Assembly: GCA_963812155.1 (NCBI GenBank)
Contig: CAWETW010000001.1
Coordinates: forward strand, 256,001-320,000
Direction of reading: 5' to 3'
Length of the DNA stretch: 64,000 nucleotides
From: Vulcanimicrobiota bacterium
Lineage (GTDB): Bacteria; Vulcanimicrobiota; Vulcanimicrobiia; Vulcanimicrobiales; Vulcanimicrobiaceae
In this document: one piece after another, positions 1 to 9,386 of the stretch
How the letters are laid out: the number at the start of each line of letters is the position of its first letter
How positions within the stretch are numbered: the first letter of the stretch is position 1
Translations under genes and position numbers: made by a program
The notes under the pieces: generated by a model
Databases searched by the model: none
Told to the model about the DNA's origin: nothing
The model's input: the letters and a program-made list of their open reading frames with translations, nothing else

Positions 1-62
1 GCGCTGAGCGTGCCGGCAGCCGCGACTAGGACTGCGAGCAGAGCGGTGCGGGTTGGTTTCAC
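1..62 (-). CDS. 5' part of a secreted protein running off the window edge (MKPTRTALLAVLVAAAGTLS...), possibly a third paralog of the two adjacent genes
   Basis: GTG at 62 with AGGAGG about 7 nt upstream; signal-peptide-like N-terminus; shares a 21-nt leader motif with the gene starting at 1540. Confidence 0.65.
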   Translation of the reverse strand, partial: MKPTRTALLAVLVAAAGTLS

Positions 63-153
63 AAAAAGCCTCCTGAAAAGCAGTGAATCCGAGAGCTCGC
101 CTGGCGGCTCTCCTCGCAACACTATGCCACGAAGCGGCCGGTCGCGCAACCCG

Positions 154-196
154 AAAAGTGAGCAGGCCCCTGCCGTAGTGGGGCCTGCTCCCTTTT
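154..196. terminator. Intrinsic terminator, possibly bidirectional
   Basis: 11-bp stem GAGCAGGCCCC/GGGGCCTGCTC (160-190) flanked by AAAA and TTTT, just after the stop of 230..1540. Confidence 0.75.
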
Positions 197-229
197 GGTT
201 ACCTTTGTCTTAGGCCCGGCTGGATCGAG

Positions 230-1540
230 CTAGAATCGAATACCCAATCCCACGAAAGGCCCGTTTGCCGAAATGTTCGCGGGCGCGTTGGTTTTGTTGG
301 TGAGATAGTTGCCCATCCAACCCGCCTCGATGAATACCGGGCTCTTACCGATAACGTAGTCGACGCCGGCTTGATATTTATACATCGAATATCCCAACTG
401 CAGTGTCGCGGGCTTGAGCCCCGGCTGCCCCGTAATCGAACGAGGAAACTCGTCATTGTAGAAGTTGCCGGTGACGCTGGGATAGTACCAGAAGCTTCCC
501 AAGAACGACAGCGGGACGTCGAGATCCGGCAACTTTTCGACGCCGAACCCGAACCCGCGCGTCGTTGGATAGCCGTAGTTGTTCCACCGCGTGAGATATC
601 CCACTCCAACGTACACACGCGGGTTGAGAACCTTCACGCCCAACCGAACGTCGACGTCGTCGTCTTGCGCTTGGAACGACGGCACGAACGTTTGATATCC
701 GCCGCCGATTCCGGTGACGAAACATTCGGGGTTGATCGCAGTGCTCGTTGCGGAACCGCAGTCGTGATGGTATCCGTACTGTTCGAACGAGCCTTCGATC
801 ATCCACGGAATGTTGAGCGCGCTAAACTCCCACGCACCCCGAATGGCATACGAGTTCGTTCCGGTATTGCCCGGGCTGAATTCGTTATACACCTTCGGTG
901 AAATAATATAGTCGCCGGCGATGAAGAGATCTTTGTATTGCGGGGTCGGCGTCGGCGCAGGCGTGGGCGCGGGCGGCGGCGGCGCGGTGGTTGGCGGCGG
1001 CGGAGGTGGAGGCGTGGCCACGACGTACCGCACCACGACGAGCTGCCGATCCGGAACCCACAGGACGTAGGCGCCCATGGCCTCGGAGATGACGCGCACC
1101 GGTACGAGAACGTTGCCCTGATAGATTACCGGCGGCACGTCGAGCGGATGCATTTCACCGTTGATCGACACTTCCGGCTTCCCAACGGTGACTTTGATTT
1201 CTGCGCCCGGCTTGCTGACCGTCGCCGTCTGGCTTGCGGCATCGTACGACACGGTTGCGCCCATTTGTTCGAACATCGAGCGCAACGGAATGAGAATCGT
1301 CCCCCCTTTGACCAGCGCCGCAAGCACTCGGCTCTGCTTGAGAACGTCCGGTTTCGTGTAGACGTGGCGATCGTTATAGAGGATGGGGATTTGGCCCGAA
1401 GGAGGCGTGCCGAGATTCGGCGCCGCATTCGGGCTCGCTTGTGCAACGCGCTGTCCTCCGTTCGAGGGAGCGGCCTGCGTGCTCATAGGAGAAGCAACCA
1501 AGGCCATAGTCACAAGGACAGCGGAGATGATTGATTTCAT
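230..1540 (-). CDS. Secreted protein: copper amine oxidase N-terminal-like domain, Pro-rich linker, putative outer-membrane beta-barrel
   Basis: Signal peptide; LIPLRSMFEQMGATV and LVPVRVISEAMGAYV motifs; poly-Pro linker; alternating aromatic/Gly strands; C-terminal GLGIRF; GAGGAGG RBS. Confidence 0.8.
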   Translation of the reverse strand: MKSIISAVLVTMALVASPMSTQAAPSNGGQRVAQASPNAAPNLGTPPSGQIPILYNDRHVYTKPDVLKQSRVLAALVKGGTILIPLRSMFEQMGATVSYDAASQTATVSKPGAEIKVTVGKPEVSINGEMHPLDVPPVIYQGNVLVPVRVISEAMGAYVLWVPDRQLVVVRYVVATPPPPPPPTTAPPPPAPTPAPTPTPQYKDLFIAGDYIISPKVYNEFSPGNTGTNSYAIRGAWEFSALNIPWMIEGSFEQYGYHHDCGSATSTAINPECFVTGIGGGYQTFVPSFQAQDDDVDVRLGVKVLNPRVYVGVGYLTRWNNYGYPTTRGFGFGVEKLPDLDVPLSFLGSFWYYPSVTGNFYNDEFPRSITGQPGLKPATLQLGYSMYKYQAGVDYVIGKSPVFIEAGWMGNYLTNKTNAPANISANGPFVGLGIRF

Positions 1541-1615
1541 GAGGCCTCCTCAAGTAGCTGGTCACTCGAGAGCTCGCCCGCCAGCTCCGATGGAGCAGCT
1601 TATACCCATAATTCA

Positions 1616-1651
1616 CAACGAGCCCCGGCTTGCGCCGGAGCTCGTTGCTTT
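1616..1651. terminator. Stem-loop, probable terminator between the paralogs
   Basis: CAACGAGCCCCGGC-TTGC-GCCGGAGCTCGTTG hairpin just after the stop at 1673. Confidence 0.6.
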
Positions 1652-1672
1652 ACGGAAGAGACCCCATTGTCC

Positions 1673-2965
1673 CTAGAACTTGATGCCTAATCCGACGAAC
1701 GGGCCGTTGTCGGTTACCCCGGACGGTGCGTTCGTTTTATTGCTGAGATTATCGCCCATCCAGCCGGCTTCGATGAAGACCGGGCTGTTGCCGATCACGT
1801 AATCGGCACCGATCTGATACTTGTACAGCGTGTACGCGAGCGATGCGGAGATGGCCGTATTCGAGAAATTGCCTTTGACCTGCGGATAGTACCAGAAGCT
1901 TCCGAAGAACGAGAGCGGCACGTTGAGATCGGGCAGTTTTTCGATGCCGAATCCAACGCCGTTCATGTTCGGGTAGCCGTAGTTGGTCGAACGCCATAAG
2001 TAGCCCACGCCGATATACACGCGCGGATTGAGCACGCGAATGCCCAAGCGCGCATCCACGTCGGTGTCGCGCGCGCTGAACGCGGGGACGACCGTCTGGT
2101 AGCCACCGCCGATTCCGGTGACGAAACACTCGGGATCGACGACGGCCGACGCCGAGGTGTTGTTGCAGTTATGCGGATAACCGTACTGTTCGAACGAACC
2201 TTCGACCATCCACGGAATGTTCAACGCGTTGAACTCGATCGCACCGCGGACCGCATACGAGCTCGTGCCGGTGTTACCCGGGCTAAACTCGTTGTAGACC
2301 TTCGGCGAGATGATGTAGTCGCCGGCGACGAAAATGTCGTTGTACGGCGTCTTCACCGGAGCCGGCGTCGGCGTCGGCGGCGGGGGCGGCGGCGGTGCGC
2401 TGGCCGGGGGCGGCGGCGGCGTCGCCGGAATGTACCGGACGACGACGACGTGCTGATTCGGAACCCACTGCACGTACGCGCCCATGCCTTCGGAAATGAC
2501 GCGAACCGGCACGAGGACGTTGCCTTGATAGATCATCGGCGGGACGTCGAGCGGACGCGATTCGCCGTTGATCATAACTTCAGGCTTACCGACGGTCACC
2601 TTGACCTCCGAGCCTGCTTTACTGACGGTGGCGGTCTTGCTCCCGGGGTCGTACGATACGGTCGCCCCCATCTGCTCGAACATCGACCGCAAAGGAATGA
2701 GGACCGTACCGCCCTTGACCAGCGCCGCAAGGACGCGGCCCTGTTTGAGAACGTCGGGCTTGGTGTAAACGTGGTGGTCGTTATAAAGGATGGGAATCTG
2801 GCCCGACGGCGGAGTTCCGAAGTTGGCCGGCGGCGTTGTTCCCGTCTGCGAGACGCTGTTGCCTGTGTTTCCAGACGCCTGCGCATTTGACGGGGCGAAC
2901 ACCGCGCTGAAGCCCCACGCCGTTGCGATCAACGCCGCGAGGACTCCGGTGCTCAGTCGTTTCAC
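1673..2965 (-). CDS. Paralog of 230..1540 with the same architecture
   Basis: Long near-identical stretches (GTPPSGQIPILYND, AGDYIISPKVYNEFSPGNTG); ends GLGIKF; AAGGAGG RBS before GTG. Confidence 0.8.
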   Translation of the reverse strand: MKRLSTGVLAALIATAWGFSAVFAPSNAQASGNTGNSVSQTGTTPPANFGTPPSGQIPILYNDHHVYTKPDVLKQGRVLAALVKGGTVLIPLRSMFEQMGATVSYDPGSKTATVSKAGSEVKVTVGKPEVMINGESRPLDVPPMIYQGNVLVPVRVISEGMGAYVQWVPNQHVVVVRYIPATPPPPPASAPPPPPPPTPTPAPVKTPYNDIFVAGDYIISPKVYNEFSPGNTGTSSYAVRGAIEFNALNIPWMVEGSFEQYGYPHNCNNTSASAVVDPECFVTGIGGGYQTVVPAFSARDTDVDARLGIRVLNPRVYIGVGYLWRSTNYGYPNMNGVGFGIEKLPDLNVPLSFFGSFWYYPQVKGNFSNTAISASLAYTLYKYQIGADYVIGNSPVFIEAGWMGDNLSNKTNAPSGVTDNGPFVGLGIKF

Positions 2966-3082
2966 GAGTGCCTCCTTAAGATATGGGAAGTCCTAACTGA
3001 TGGCGGGAGCACGCGCTCCCGCCGGGTGTGGGACCCTGCGAACGGATGTGCGGTTGCGCGGGGTCCGCCCCAACGGTAGCCC

Positions 3083-4282
3083 TTATTCCCCCAGCACGGC
3101 TGAGGGTAAACGCCAAAGCCAGGCAACTCCGATGAAAGTCTCAGCCGCAGCCAGGGCAAAGGCCGCTTTCGGCGCCGCCCCTGCCGCCGCCAAGGCCAGG
3201 TGTGCGAGCACCGCGGTCGTCAAGGCCGGAGCGATGACCTGCGGCAGAATGACGGCCAGATTCCAGATGCCCATGGTCGTCGCAAGCGCTCCGGGCGGCA
3301 GGATGCGGCACGCGATCGACCAGTCCGCCGCCAAGAAAATGCCCCATCCGAATCCCGCGACGAGCGTCGCTGCGGCCGCGCCGGCAAACGTGTGCGCCGC
3401 AATGAACCCGCCGAGCGCGATGACGACGATGGCTCCGCCTGCCGTTGCGACGAGGCGTTTATCGAAACGATCCGACGGGCGCGCCGCCGCGGCGGCTCCC
3501 AACGCTCCCATGGCGGTGAATGCGAGGATCAGCTCGCCGCTTTGCAGCTTGGCCACCGCAAGCGACGGCGTTTCCAATACTCCGGTAACGTAGAACAGCA
3601 AATAGCCGAGCAGCGTGTAGAATCCGACGTAAACGAGTGCACGCGACACGAACAAATCGGCAAACCCTCGCGTGAAGCGCAACCGCTCGCGCTGCGGAGG
3701 CGGTTCCAGCGCGATACGGCGAACGTGCGCGCACGTCGCCGCCGCCGTTCCGCCCAACAGCACGATCAACGACGACGCGAGCATCCGGCCGTCGTTTATG
3801 GTCGCGGCCAGTACCGCACCGAGCGCGTTGCCGGCGCTTTGCAACGCCGCCATCCACGACGACGCGCGTCCGAATTCGGAACGAGGAATCGCGTCGGGAA
3901 TAATGGCTTGATACGGCCCAATCGCGAAATTCAAGCCCGCCTGCAATGCGACGAACGCGAGCGTCAGCGCCGTGAAGTTTCCGGCGGCGAAAAAACCGGC
4001 GAGCGCAAACGCGCCGATCGCCGTGCCTGCAACGTAAAACTCGATGCGCCGGCTTCCGTGCCGGCGGCGGTCGTCGGAGAACGGCCCGACGGCGATCTGT
4101 ACGACGGCGGCAACGAGCGCGCCGATCGTGGCCAAACGTCCGTATGCGATCAGCGCATTCGAGCTGGCGACCAGCTCGATCGTGCGCGCCTGCAGCGAAA
4201 TCCCGAGCAGCGCGCCCCAGACGGCCTGAATACCCAGCCAAAATAAGCCCAAGCGCAGCGCGCTAGGCGTGTTCGCACGCAT
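3083..4282 (-). CDS. MFS transporter
   Basis: About 12 hydrophobic segments; GPFSDD and RPSDRFDKR loop motifs; start could be 4297. Confidence 0.8.
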   Translation of the reverse strand: MRANTPSALRLGLFWLGIQAVWGALLGISLQARTIELVASSNALIAYGRLATIGALVAAVVQIAVGPFSDDRRRHGSRRIEFYVAGTAIGAFALAGFFAAGNFTALTLAFVALQAGLNFAIGPYQAIIPDAIPRSEFGRASSWMAALQSAGNALGAVLAATINDGRMLASSLIVLLGGTAAATCAHVRRIALEPPPQRERLRFTRGFADLFVSRALVYVGFYTLLGYLLFYVTGVLETPSLAVAKLQSGELILAFTAMGALGAAAAARPSDRFDKRLVATAGGAIVVIALGGFIAAHTFAGAAAATLVAGFGWGIFLAADWSIACRILPPGALATTMGIWNLAVILPQVIAPALTTAVLAHLALAAAGAAPKAAFALAAAETFIGVAWLWRLPSAVLGE

Positions 4283-4997
4283 ACCGGTACTCCGCAACGG
4301 TGTCGGCGTCGAAGGCGAGTTCCGGCGCGCACCCGCGCACGGCGACGCACGGTAATCCGGCCACGCGCGATGCCTCTCGCTCGACGGCCGCGACGCTCAA
4401 ACGGCCGGCCGCCAAGCGCAGCAGCGGCACCACACCGATGATCGACGCCATACGCCACGGCGCTTTGCGCGCGCTAAAGAAGGTCGCGGCGAGACCGGCG
4501 ATGCGGTCTCGGCTCCCCGGCGGCAGCAAGAACACGCCGCCGTTGATCACGCGTTCGCCCGCCAGCGTAATTCCGGCCGGCGGTGCTTGCGGCCAACGCG
4601 CGGTGAACGCCGCGTGTTCGATGAGCGGCATCCCAATCGCTCCGGCCGGAACGCGCCGGATGAACCCGTCAACCGATGCCGGCGTCACGTACGGCAGATC
4701 GCTCGTCGCGTAGAGAAGCGGCTCGTCATCGTCGTCCCACGCATGCAGGGCGAGCGCGACGTTCTGCTCGCCGGTGATGCCTTCGTCGACGAAGCGCTCG
4801 ACCCGAGCTTCGCACGCCGCCCGAACCTCGCTCCCCCCGACGACGGCGATGCGCGATGCGCTCGCGCCGCGCAATGCGTCGAGGATCCGGTCGAGCATCG
4901 TGACGCCGCGAACGGGCGCGAGCGCCTTCACCGCCGTTCCCCCCAGACGCGCGTACTCGCCGTCGACCCGGCCTCCGGTCGTAACGACCGCCTTCAC
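4263..4997 (-). CDS. Nucleotidyltransferase (MobA-like NTP transferase) family protein
   Basis: VKAVVTTGG...KALAPVRG...MLDRIL and ATSDLP motifs; GTGA overlap with the upstream stop. Confidence 0.7.
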   Translation of the reverse strand: MKAVVTTGGRVDGEYARLGGTAVKALAPVRGVTMLDRILDALRGASASRIAVVGGSEVRAACEARVERFVDEGITGEQNVALALHAWDDDDEPLLYATSDLPYVTPASVDGFIRRVPAGAIGMPLIEHAAFTARWPQAPPAGITLAGERVINGGVFLLPPGSRDRIAGLAATFFSARKAPWRMASIIGVVPLLRLAAGRLSVAAVEREASRVAGLPCVAVRGCAPELAFDADTVAEYRYACEHA

Positions 4998-5854
4998 GGG
5001 AGAAGTCCCGGAAGCTCGGCCTGCGCCGGAACGTCGCCTGCGGCCATCGCGAGCGTCTCGTTTGCGCGTTCGCCGTAGCGCTCCATCAACAGCGCGCCCA
5101 GCATCTCCGCGTCGCGCGCCGCATGCCCGTCGGCGTGGTTGTTGAAAAAGACGTACGTTTGCGCGGCCTGGCCGTCGATCTCGGAAATACGTTCCGTCCA
5201 CGGTACCAGTTCCTCGGGAGCGTATTCGTAGCGATAACGGCTAACGTTGCTGCCGCGCCACCATTGGCTCGCATTGCGGCCGTGAAAGCGCACGTAACCG
5301 ACGCTCGACGTCACGTCGGCCGAAGGTGCGAGCAATCCCTCGAGGGCCGGCATGTCGGCATTGCAAAATCCGACGCCGAGTTCGCGCAACAGCGCCGTCG
5401 TCGCCGGCTGCTGCCAGAGCCGGTTACGGAATTCGAACACGAGCGGTATCTCGGTGAATGCTTCCGCGATGCGCTTTAAGCGATCGTTGGAAGCGCTTGC
5501 GGGCTTGAATGCGTTGGGGAATTGTGCCAAGACGCAGGCGAGTTTTCGCGCCGAGAGCACCGGCTCCACGGCGGTGCGAAATGCCGACGCGTCCTCGTGC
5601 AGTTCGGTTGCGGCACCGGATGCGTGCGTGAGCGTCTGCGGCATTTTGAAACTGAACCGGAAGTCTGCCGGGGTGCGACCCGCCATCGTTTCGGTGGTTC
5701 GCGGCGACGGGACGCCGTAGTAACTCGAATCGATCTCGACCGCGCGGAACACGCGCGCGTAATAGGGCAGCATCTCCACCGGCTTGATCTTCGCCGGATA
5801 GAACGGCCCGATCCATTCCTTATACGAAAAGCCGCAGGTTCCGACGTAGATCAC
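4994..5854 (-). CDS. DUF72 (YecE-like) protein
   Basis: IYVGTCGFSY, VEIDSSYY, FEFRN, YVRFHGRN, YVFFNNH motifs; GTG start chosen (track starts at 5908). Confidence 0.85.
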   Translation of the reverse strand: MIYVGTCGFSYKEWIGPFYPAKIKPVEMLPYYARVFRAVEIDSSYYGVPSPRTTETMAGRTPADFRFSFKMPQTLTHASGAATELHEDASAFRTAVEPVLSARKLACVLAQFPNAFKPASASNDRLKRIAEAFTEIPLVFEFRNRLWQQPATTALLRELGVGFCNADMPALEGLLAPSADVTSSVGYVRFHGRNASQWWRGSNVSRYRYEYAPEELVPWTERISEIDGQAAQTYVFFNNHADGHAARDAEMLGALLMERYGERANETLAMAAGDVPAQAELPGLLP

Positions 5855-5909
5855 CGTGTCGCCTTTAAACGAGTCGGGCCCGGCATTGCCGAGCCCGATT
5901 CGATTCACC

Positions 5910-6296
5910 TTACTTCTTGGTAGCGACCTTCTTCTTACCGGCCACCGTACGTTTGGGCCCTTTGCGGGTGCGAGCGTTGGTCTTGGTTCGCTGGCCGCGC
6001 ACCGGGAGGCCGCGGCGATGGCGAACGCCGCGATAGCAGCCGATCTCCATCAGCCGCTTCACGTTGCCCTGAACCTCGCGCCGCAGATCGCCTTCCACGC
6101 GCAACGCCAACGCGTCGATTGCGTCGCGCAGTTTCTTCTCGTCGTCCTCGCTCATCGCTTTGACGCGCAAATCGGGGCTGATTCCGGCGTGGTCGACGAG
6201 CTTCATCGCGGTCGTCCTTCCAATGCCGTAAATGTAGGTCAGTGCGATCTCGATGCGCTTTTCACGAGGCAAATCGATGCCGGCGATACGGGCCAT
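5910..6296 (-). CDS. rpsM: 30S ribosomal protein S13
   Basis: [10 protein letters not shown]...[22 protein letters not shown]. Confidence 0.98.
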   Translation of the reverse strand: MARIAGIDLPREKRIEIALTYIYGIGRTTAMKLVDHAGISPDLRVKAMSEDDEKKLRDAIDALALRVEGDLRREVQGNVKRLMEIGCYRGVRHRRGLPVRGQRTKTNARTRKGPKRTVAGKKKVATKK

Positions 6297-6305
6297 ATCT
6301 CTTCC

Positions 6306-6422
6306 TTATCCTTGAACCTGTTTGTGTTTCGGATTGACGTCGCAGATCACGCGCACTTTGCCTTCGCGGCGAATGATCTTACACTTTTCGCAAATCCGTT
6401 TGACTGAAGGTCTAACTTTCAT
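6306..6422 (-). CDS. rpmJ: 50S ribosomal protein L36, zinc-binding form (below the ORF track cut-off)
   Basis: Manual translation [38 protein letters not shown]. Confidence 0.97.
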   Translation of the reverse strand: MKVRPSVKRICEKCKIIRREGKVRVICDVNPKHKQVQG

Positions 6423-6533
6423 GTTGTAAGGCGCTCCGATGCCGGTCCGCTCGAGACTCCCCGTGGGGAGCCCAAATGGACTCGGTGGCGATATTGAATT
6501 TGAGTTCGGGACTACGGCGAGGCGGGTGCTTCG

Positions 6534-7337
6534 TCATACGCGGGCTTCCTGGGGAGGGCGGTACTGCTGGGCGACATCCGGCTCGCCGGCGTCGCGCAGG
6601 GTCAGAATCCGCGGGCCTTCGTCGGTCACCGCTATCGTATGCTCGAAGTGCGCTGCGAGTTTACCATCTGCCGTGACGACTGTCCAGCCGTCCTTGAGGA
6701 TTGCGACCTCGTAGTCGCCTTCGGTGATCATCGGTTCGACGGCCAGCACCAGGCCGGGCCGCAGTTCGGCTCCCGTGCCGGGCTTGCCGTAGTTGGGGAC
6801 CTGCGGATCCTCATGCATCTCTCGCCCTACGCCGTGCCCGACCAAATCGCGCACGACGCCGTAACCGTTTCGCTCGGCGTGCGCTTGAACGGCCGCTCCG
6901 ATGTCGCCGACGCGTCTGCCCGCCTGCATCGCCGCAATGCCTTCGAACAAGCATTCCTGCGTCACGTCCAGCAACCGCTGCGCGGCGGCGCTAATGTTGC
7001 CGACCGCCACCGTTGCCGCGCTGTCGCTGACGTAGCCCTCGAGCGTGGTCCCGATGTCGATCGACAGCAAATCGCCATCGCGCAAACGCCGGCCGCCGGG
7101 AATGCCGTGCACGACTTCGTCGTTGACCGACGCGCAAATCGATCCGCTGAATCCGCGATATCCTTTGAACGTCGGCACGCCGCCGCGGTCGCGAATGCCC
7201 TTTTCGGCCATGGCGTCCAGTTCGCGGGTGCTGACTCCCGGTCGAGCCGCACGCATCAATTCGCTCAGGACGGTTGCGGTGATTCGTCCGCTGCGCCGCA
7301 TGATTTCGATTTCGCGCGCCGACTTCAACGCGATCAT
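6534..7337 (-). CDS. map: Type I methionine aminopeptidase
   Basis: SVNDEVVHGIP, DIG, DSA, GHGVG..MHEDP, AVEPMI, AHFEHT; position after adk. Confidence 0.96.
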   Translation of the reverse strand: MIALKSAREIEIMRRSGRITATVLSELMRAARPGVSTRELDAMAEKGIRDRGGVPTFKGYRGFSGSICASVNDEVVHGIPGGRRLRDGDLLSIDIGTTLEGYVSDSAATVAVGNISAAAQRLLDVTQECLFEGIAAMQAGRRVGDIGAAVQAHAERNGYGVVRDLVGHGVGREMHEDPQVPNYGKPGTGAELRPGLVLAVEPMITEGDYEVAILKDGWTVVTADGKLAAHFEHTIAVTDEGPRILTLRDAGEPDVAQQYRPPQEARV

Positions 7338-8041
7338 TGCTTGCGCCGCCCACCGGCCGGCGCGACGTCCGCCAGTGACGCCGAAAGCTCTTCCTTCAGC
7401 GTCTGCGGTTTAATCTTCAAGAGCAGCTGCTCCGTGACTTCCGGCACGCTGCGCAGCGCGTCGACCTCGACGAGCTTGCCGGTCTTCCGGTAATACTCGA
7501 TGAGCGGCCGCGTTTGCGCGTCGTACACGTCGAGCCGCTTGGCGACCGTTTCCGGCTGGTCGTCCACGCGCTGAATCAACGCGCCCCCGTCGCCGTCGTC
7601 GATGCCGGCGCGTTTGGGCGGATTGGTCAACGTATTGTACGTGCGGCCGTTGCGCGGGTTCGACCAGCGGGCGCTCAAACGCGAGACCAAGGTGGCGCGA
7701 TCCGCGTCGAAGAGGACGACTGCATCGAGCGGCACCTTCTTGCCGGCGAGCATCGCGTCGAAACGTTCGGCCTGCGCGACCGTGCGCGGGAAGCCGTCCA
7801 TCACGAAGCCCGAGGGATGCTTTTCGAGCTCTGCCGCGATCATCTCCAATATCAGCGCGTCGGGAACGAGTTCACCGCGCTGCATGTACCCTTCGGCCTC
7901 TCGGCCAAGCGGGGTGCCGTCCGAGCGTTGCTCGCGCAGGATGTCGCCGGTCGAAACCTGTCCGACGCCAAAGCGTTCCTGCAGCATTCGCGCCTGGGTG
8001 CCCTTGCCCGCGCCGGGAGGTCCGAGGAAAATCAATCGCAC
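7334..8041 (-). CDS. adk: Adenylate kinase
   Basis: GPPGAGKGTQA, STGDILR, DGFPRT. Confidence 0.96.
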   Translation of the reverse strand: MRLIFLGPPGAGKGTQARMLQERFGVGQVSTGDILREQRSDGTPLGREAEGYMQRGELVPDALILEMIAAELEKHPSGFVMDGFPRTVAQAERFDAMLAGKKVPLDAVVLFDADRATLVSRLSARWSNPRNGRTYNTLTNPPKRAGIDDGDGGALIQRVDDQPETVAKRLDVYDAQTRPLIEYYRKTGKLVEVDALRSVPEVTEQLLLKIKPQTLKEELSASLADVAPAGGRRKQ

Positions 8042-8054
8042 GTGAGAGCCCGCG

Positions 8055-9386
8055 TTACCGTTTGATGAAGCCCCGGTAATCGCGCATCGCCAGGCGCGCT
8101 TCGATCTGCGTGATCGTGTCGAGCGCCACGCCGACGACGATCAGCAGCGACGTCGATCCCAAATAGAACGTCGTCACCGACAAACCGCGCTGAACCGCAC
8201 CCGGCAGCACGGCGAGCAGGCCCAAGTAGATCGCCGCGGCGGTCGTGATGCGCACGAGGATCTTGTTGAGGTAGTCTACGGTCGGCTGGCCCGGACGAAT
8301 GCCGGGAATGAACGCGCCGGTCTTCTTCAAGTTGTCGGCGACGTCGCGCGTGTTGAGAACGATCGAGCTGTAGAAAAACGTGAAGATCACGACGAGCAGA
8401 AAGTAGACGATGTTGTACACCAAGCCGTTGACGGAAAAGTGCACGCTCAACGACTCGGACAGCGCCGCGAGGTTGGTGGGGAATTCGATCGGACCGAGCA
8501 GATGGAAGTAGGTTGGAGCGACCCCGGTGTGTCCGAACCACGACAGCGCCTGCTGCGGCAGCAGCAAGATCGAGATCGCAAAGATGATCGAGATGACGCC
8601 CGCATTGTTGAGGCGCAACGGAATGTAGGTCGAGCGGCCGGCGAACATCTTGCGGCCGACCGTCCGGCGAGCCTGCTGCACCGGGACGCGCCGCTGCCCT
8701 TGATACAGGAAGATGATCGACACGATCACGATCAGCGCGATGACGATGTAGAGGACGATGTTGAGAATCGATTCGGCGCCCTGCGACGCCGACGTGAACG
8801 TCTGAGAGACGTAGGTCGGGAAGCGCAGGACGATACCGATGAAGATGATGAGCGATACGCCGTTGCCGATACCCTTGTCGCTGATCTGCTCGCCCAGCCA
8901 CATCAGGAAGAGCGTGCCGGCGACGAACGTAACGATCGCGAAGAGCAAGAACCAAATGCTGTGGTCGTAGAAGACGCCCGACTTCTCCATCGCGTTGGCC
9001 ATGAACGTCGCCTGCATGGTCGCGAGCACGATCGTGAGCCAGCGCGTGTACTGGCTGATCTTTTTGCGCCCCTCCTCGCCGCCTTTCTTGGCGAGTTCCT
9101 CGAGATGCGGCAGCACGACGGTCATCAACTGCATAATGATGGATGCGTTGATGTAAGGCGTGATGCCCATCGCGATGACGGAGAGTTTTTGCAGCGCGCC
9201 GCCGGACAGGAAGCCCAGCAGGTTGTAAAACGTCCCTTGCTGCAACGCCTGCTGCCACGCTTTTTGATTGACGTCGGGCAGCTGCACGTGAATCATGAAG
9301 ACGAACCACGCGAAGGCGAAGAGCACGAAGGCGAGCCTCTGCCGGATCTCCGGCACGAGGACTGCCGCGCGCAGATTATTGAGCAT
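8055..9386 (-). CDS. secY: Preprotein translocase subunit SecY
   Basis: MGITPYINASIIMQL, GIGNGVSLIIF, FIPGIRPG, GSTSLLIVVGV. Confidence 0.98.
   Translation of the reverse strand: MLNNLRAAVLVPEIRQRLAFVLFAFAWFVFMIHVQLPDVNQKAWQQALQQGTFYNLLGFLSGGALQKLSVIAMGITPYINASIIMQLMTVVLPHLEELAKKGGEEGRKKISQYTRWLTIVLATMQATFMANAMEKSGVFYDHSIWFLLFAIVTFVAGTLFLMWLGEQISDKGIGNGVSLIIFIGIVLRFPTYVSQTFTSASQGAESILNIVLYIVIALIVIVSIIFLYQGQRRVPVQQARRTVGRKMFAGRSTYIPLRLNNAGVISIIFAISILLLPQQALSWFGHTGVAPTYFHLLGPIEFPTNLAALSESLSVHFSVNGLVYNIVYFLLVVIFTFFYSSIVLNTRDVADNLKKTGAFIPGIRPGQPTVDYLNKILVRITTAAAIYLGLLAVLPGAVQRGLSVTTFYLGSTSLLIVVGVALDTITQIEARLAMRDYRGFIKR

Noticed and set aside
940..2425. GGC-rich microsatellite-like runs
   Set aside because: They simply encode the poly-Pro linkers of the two paralogs.
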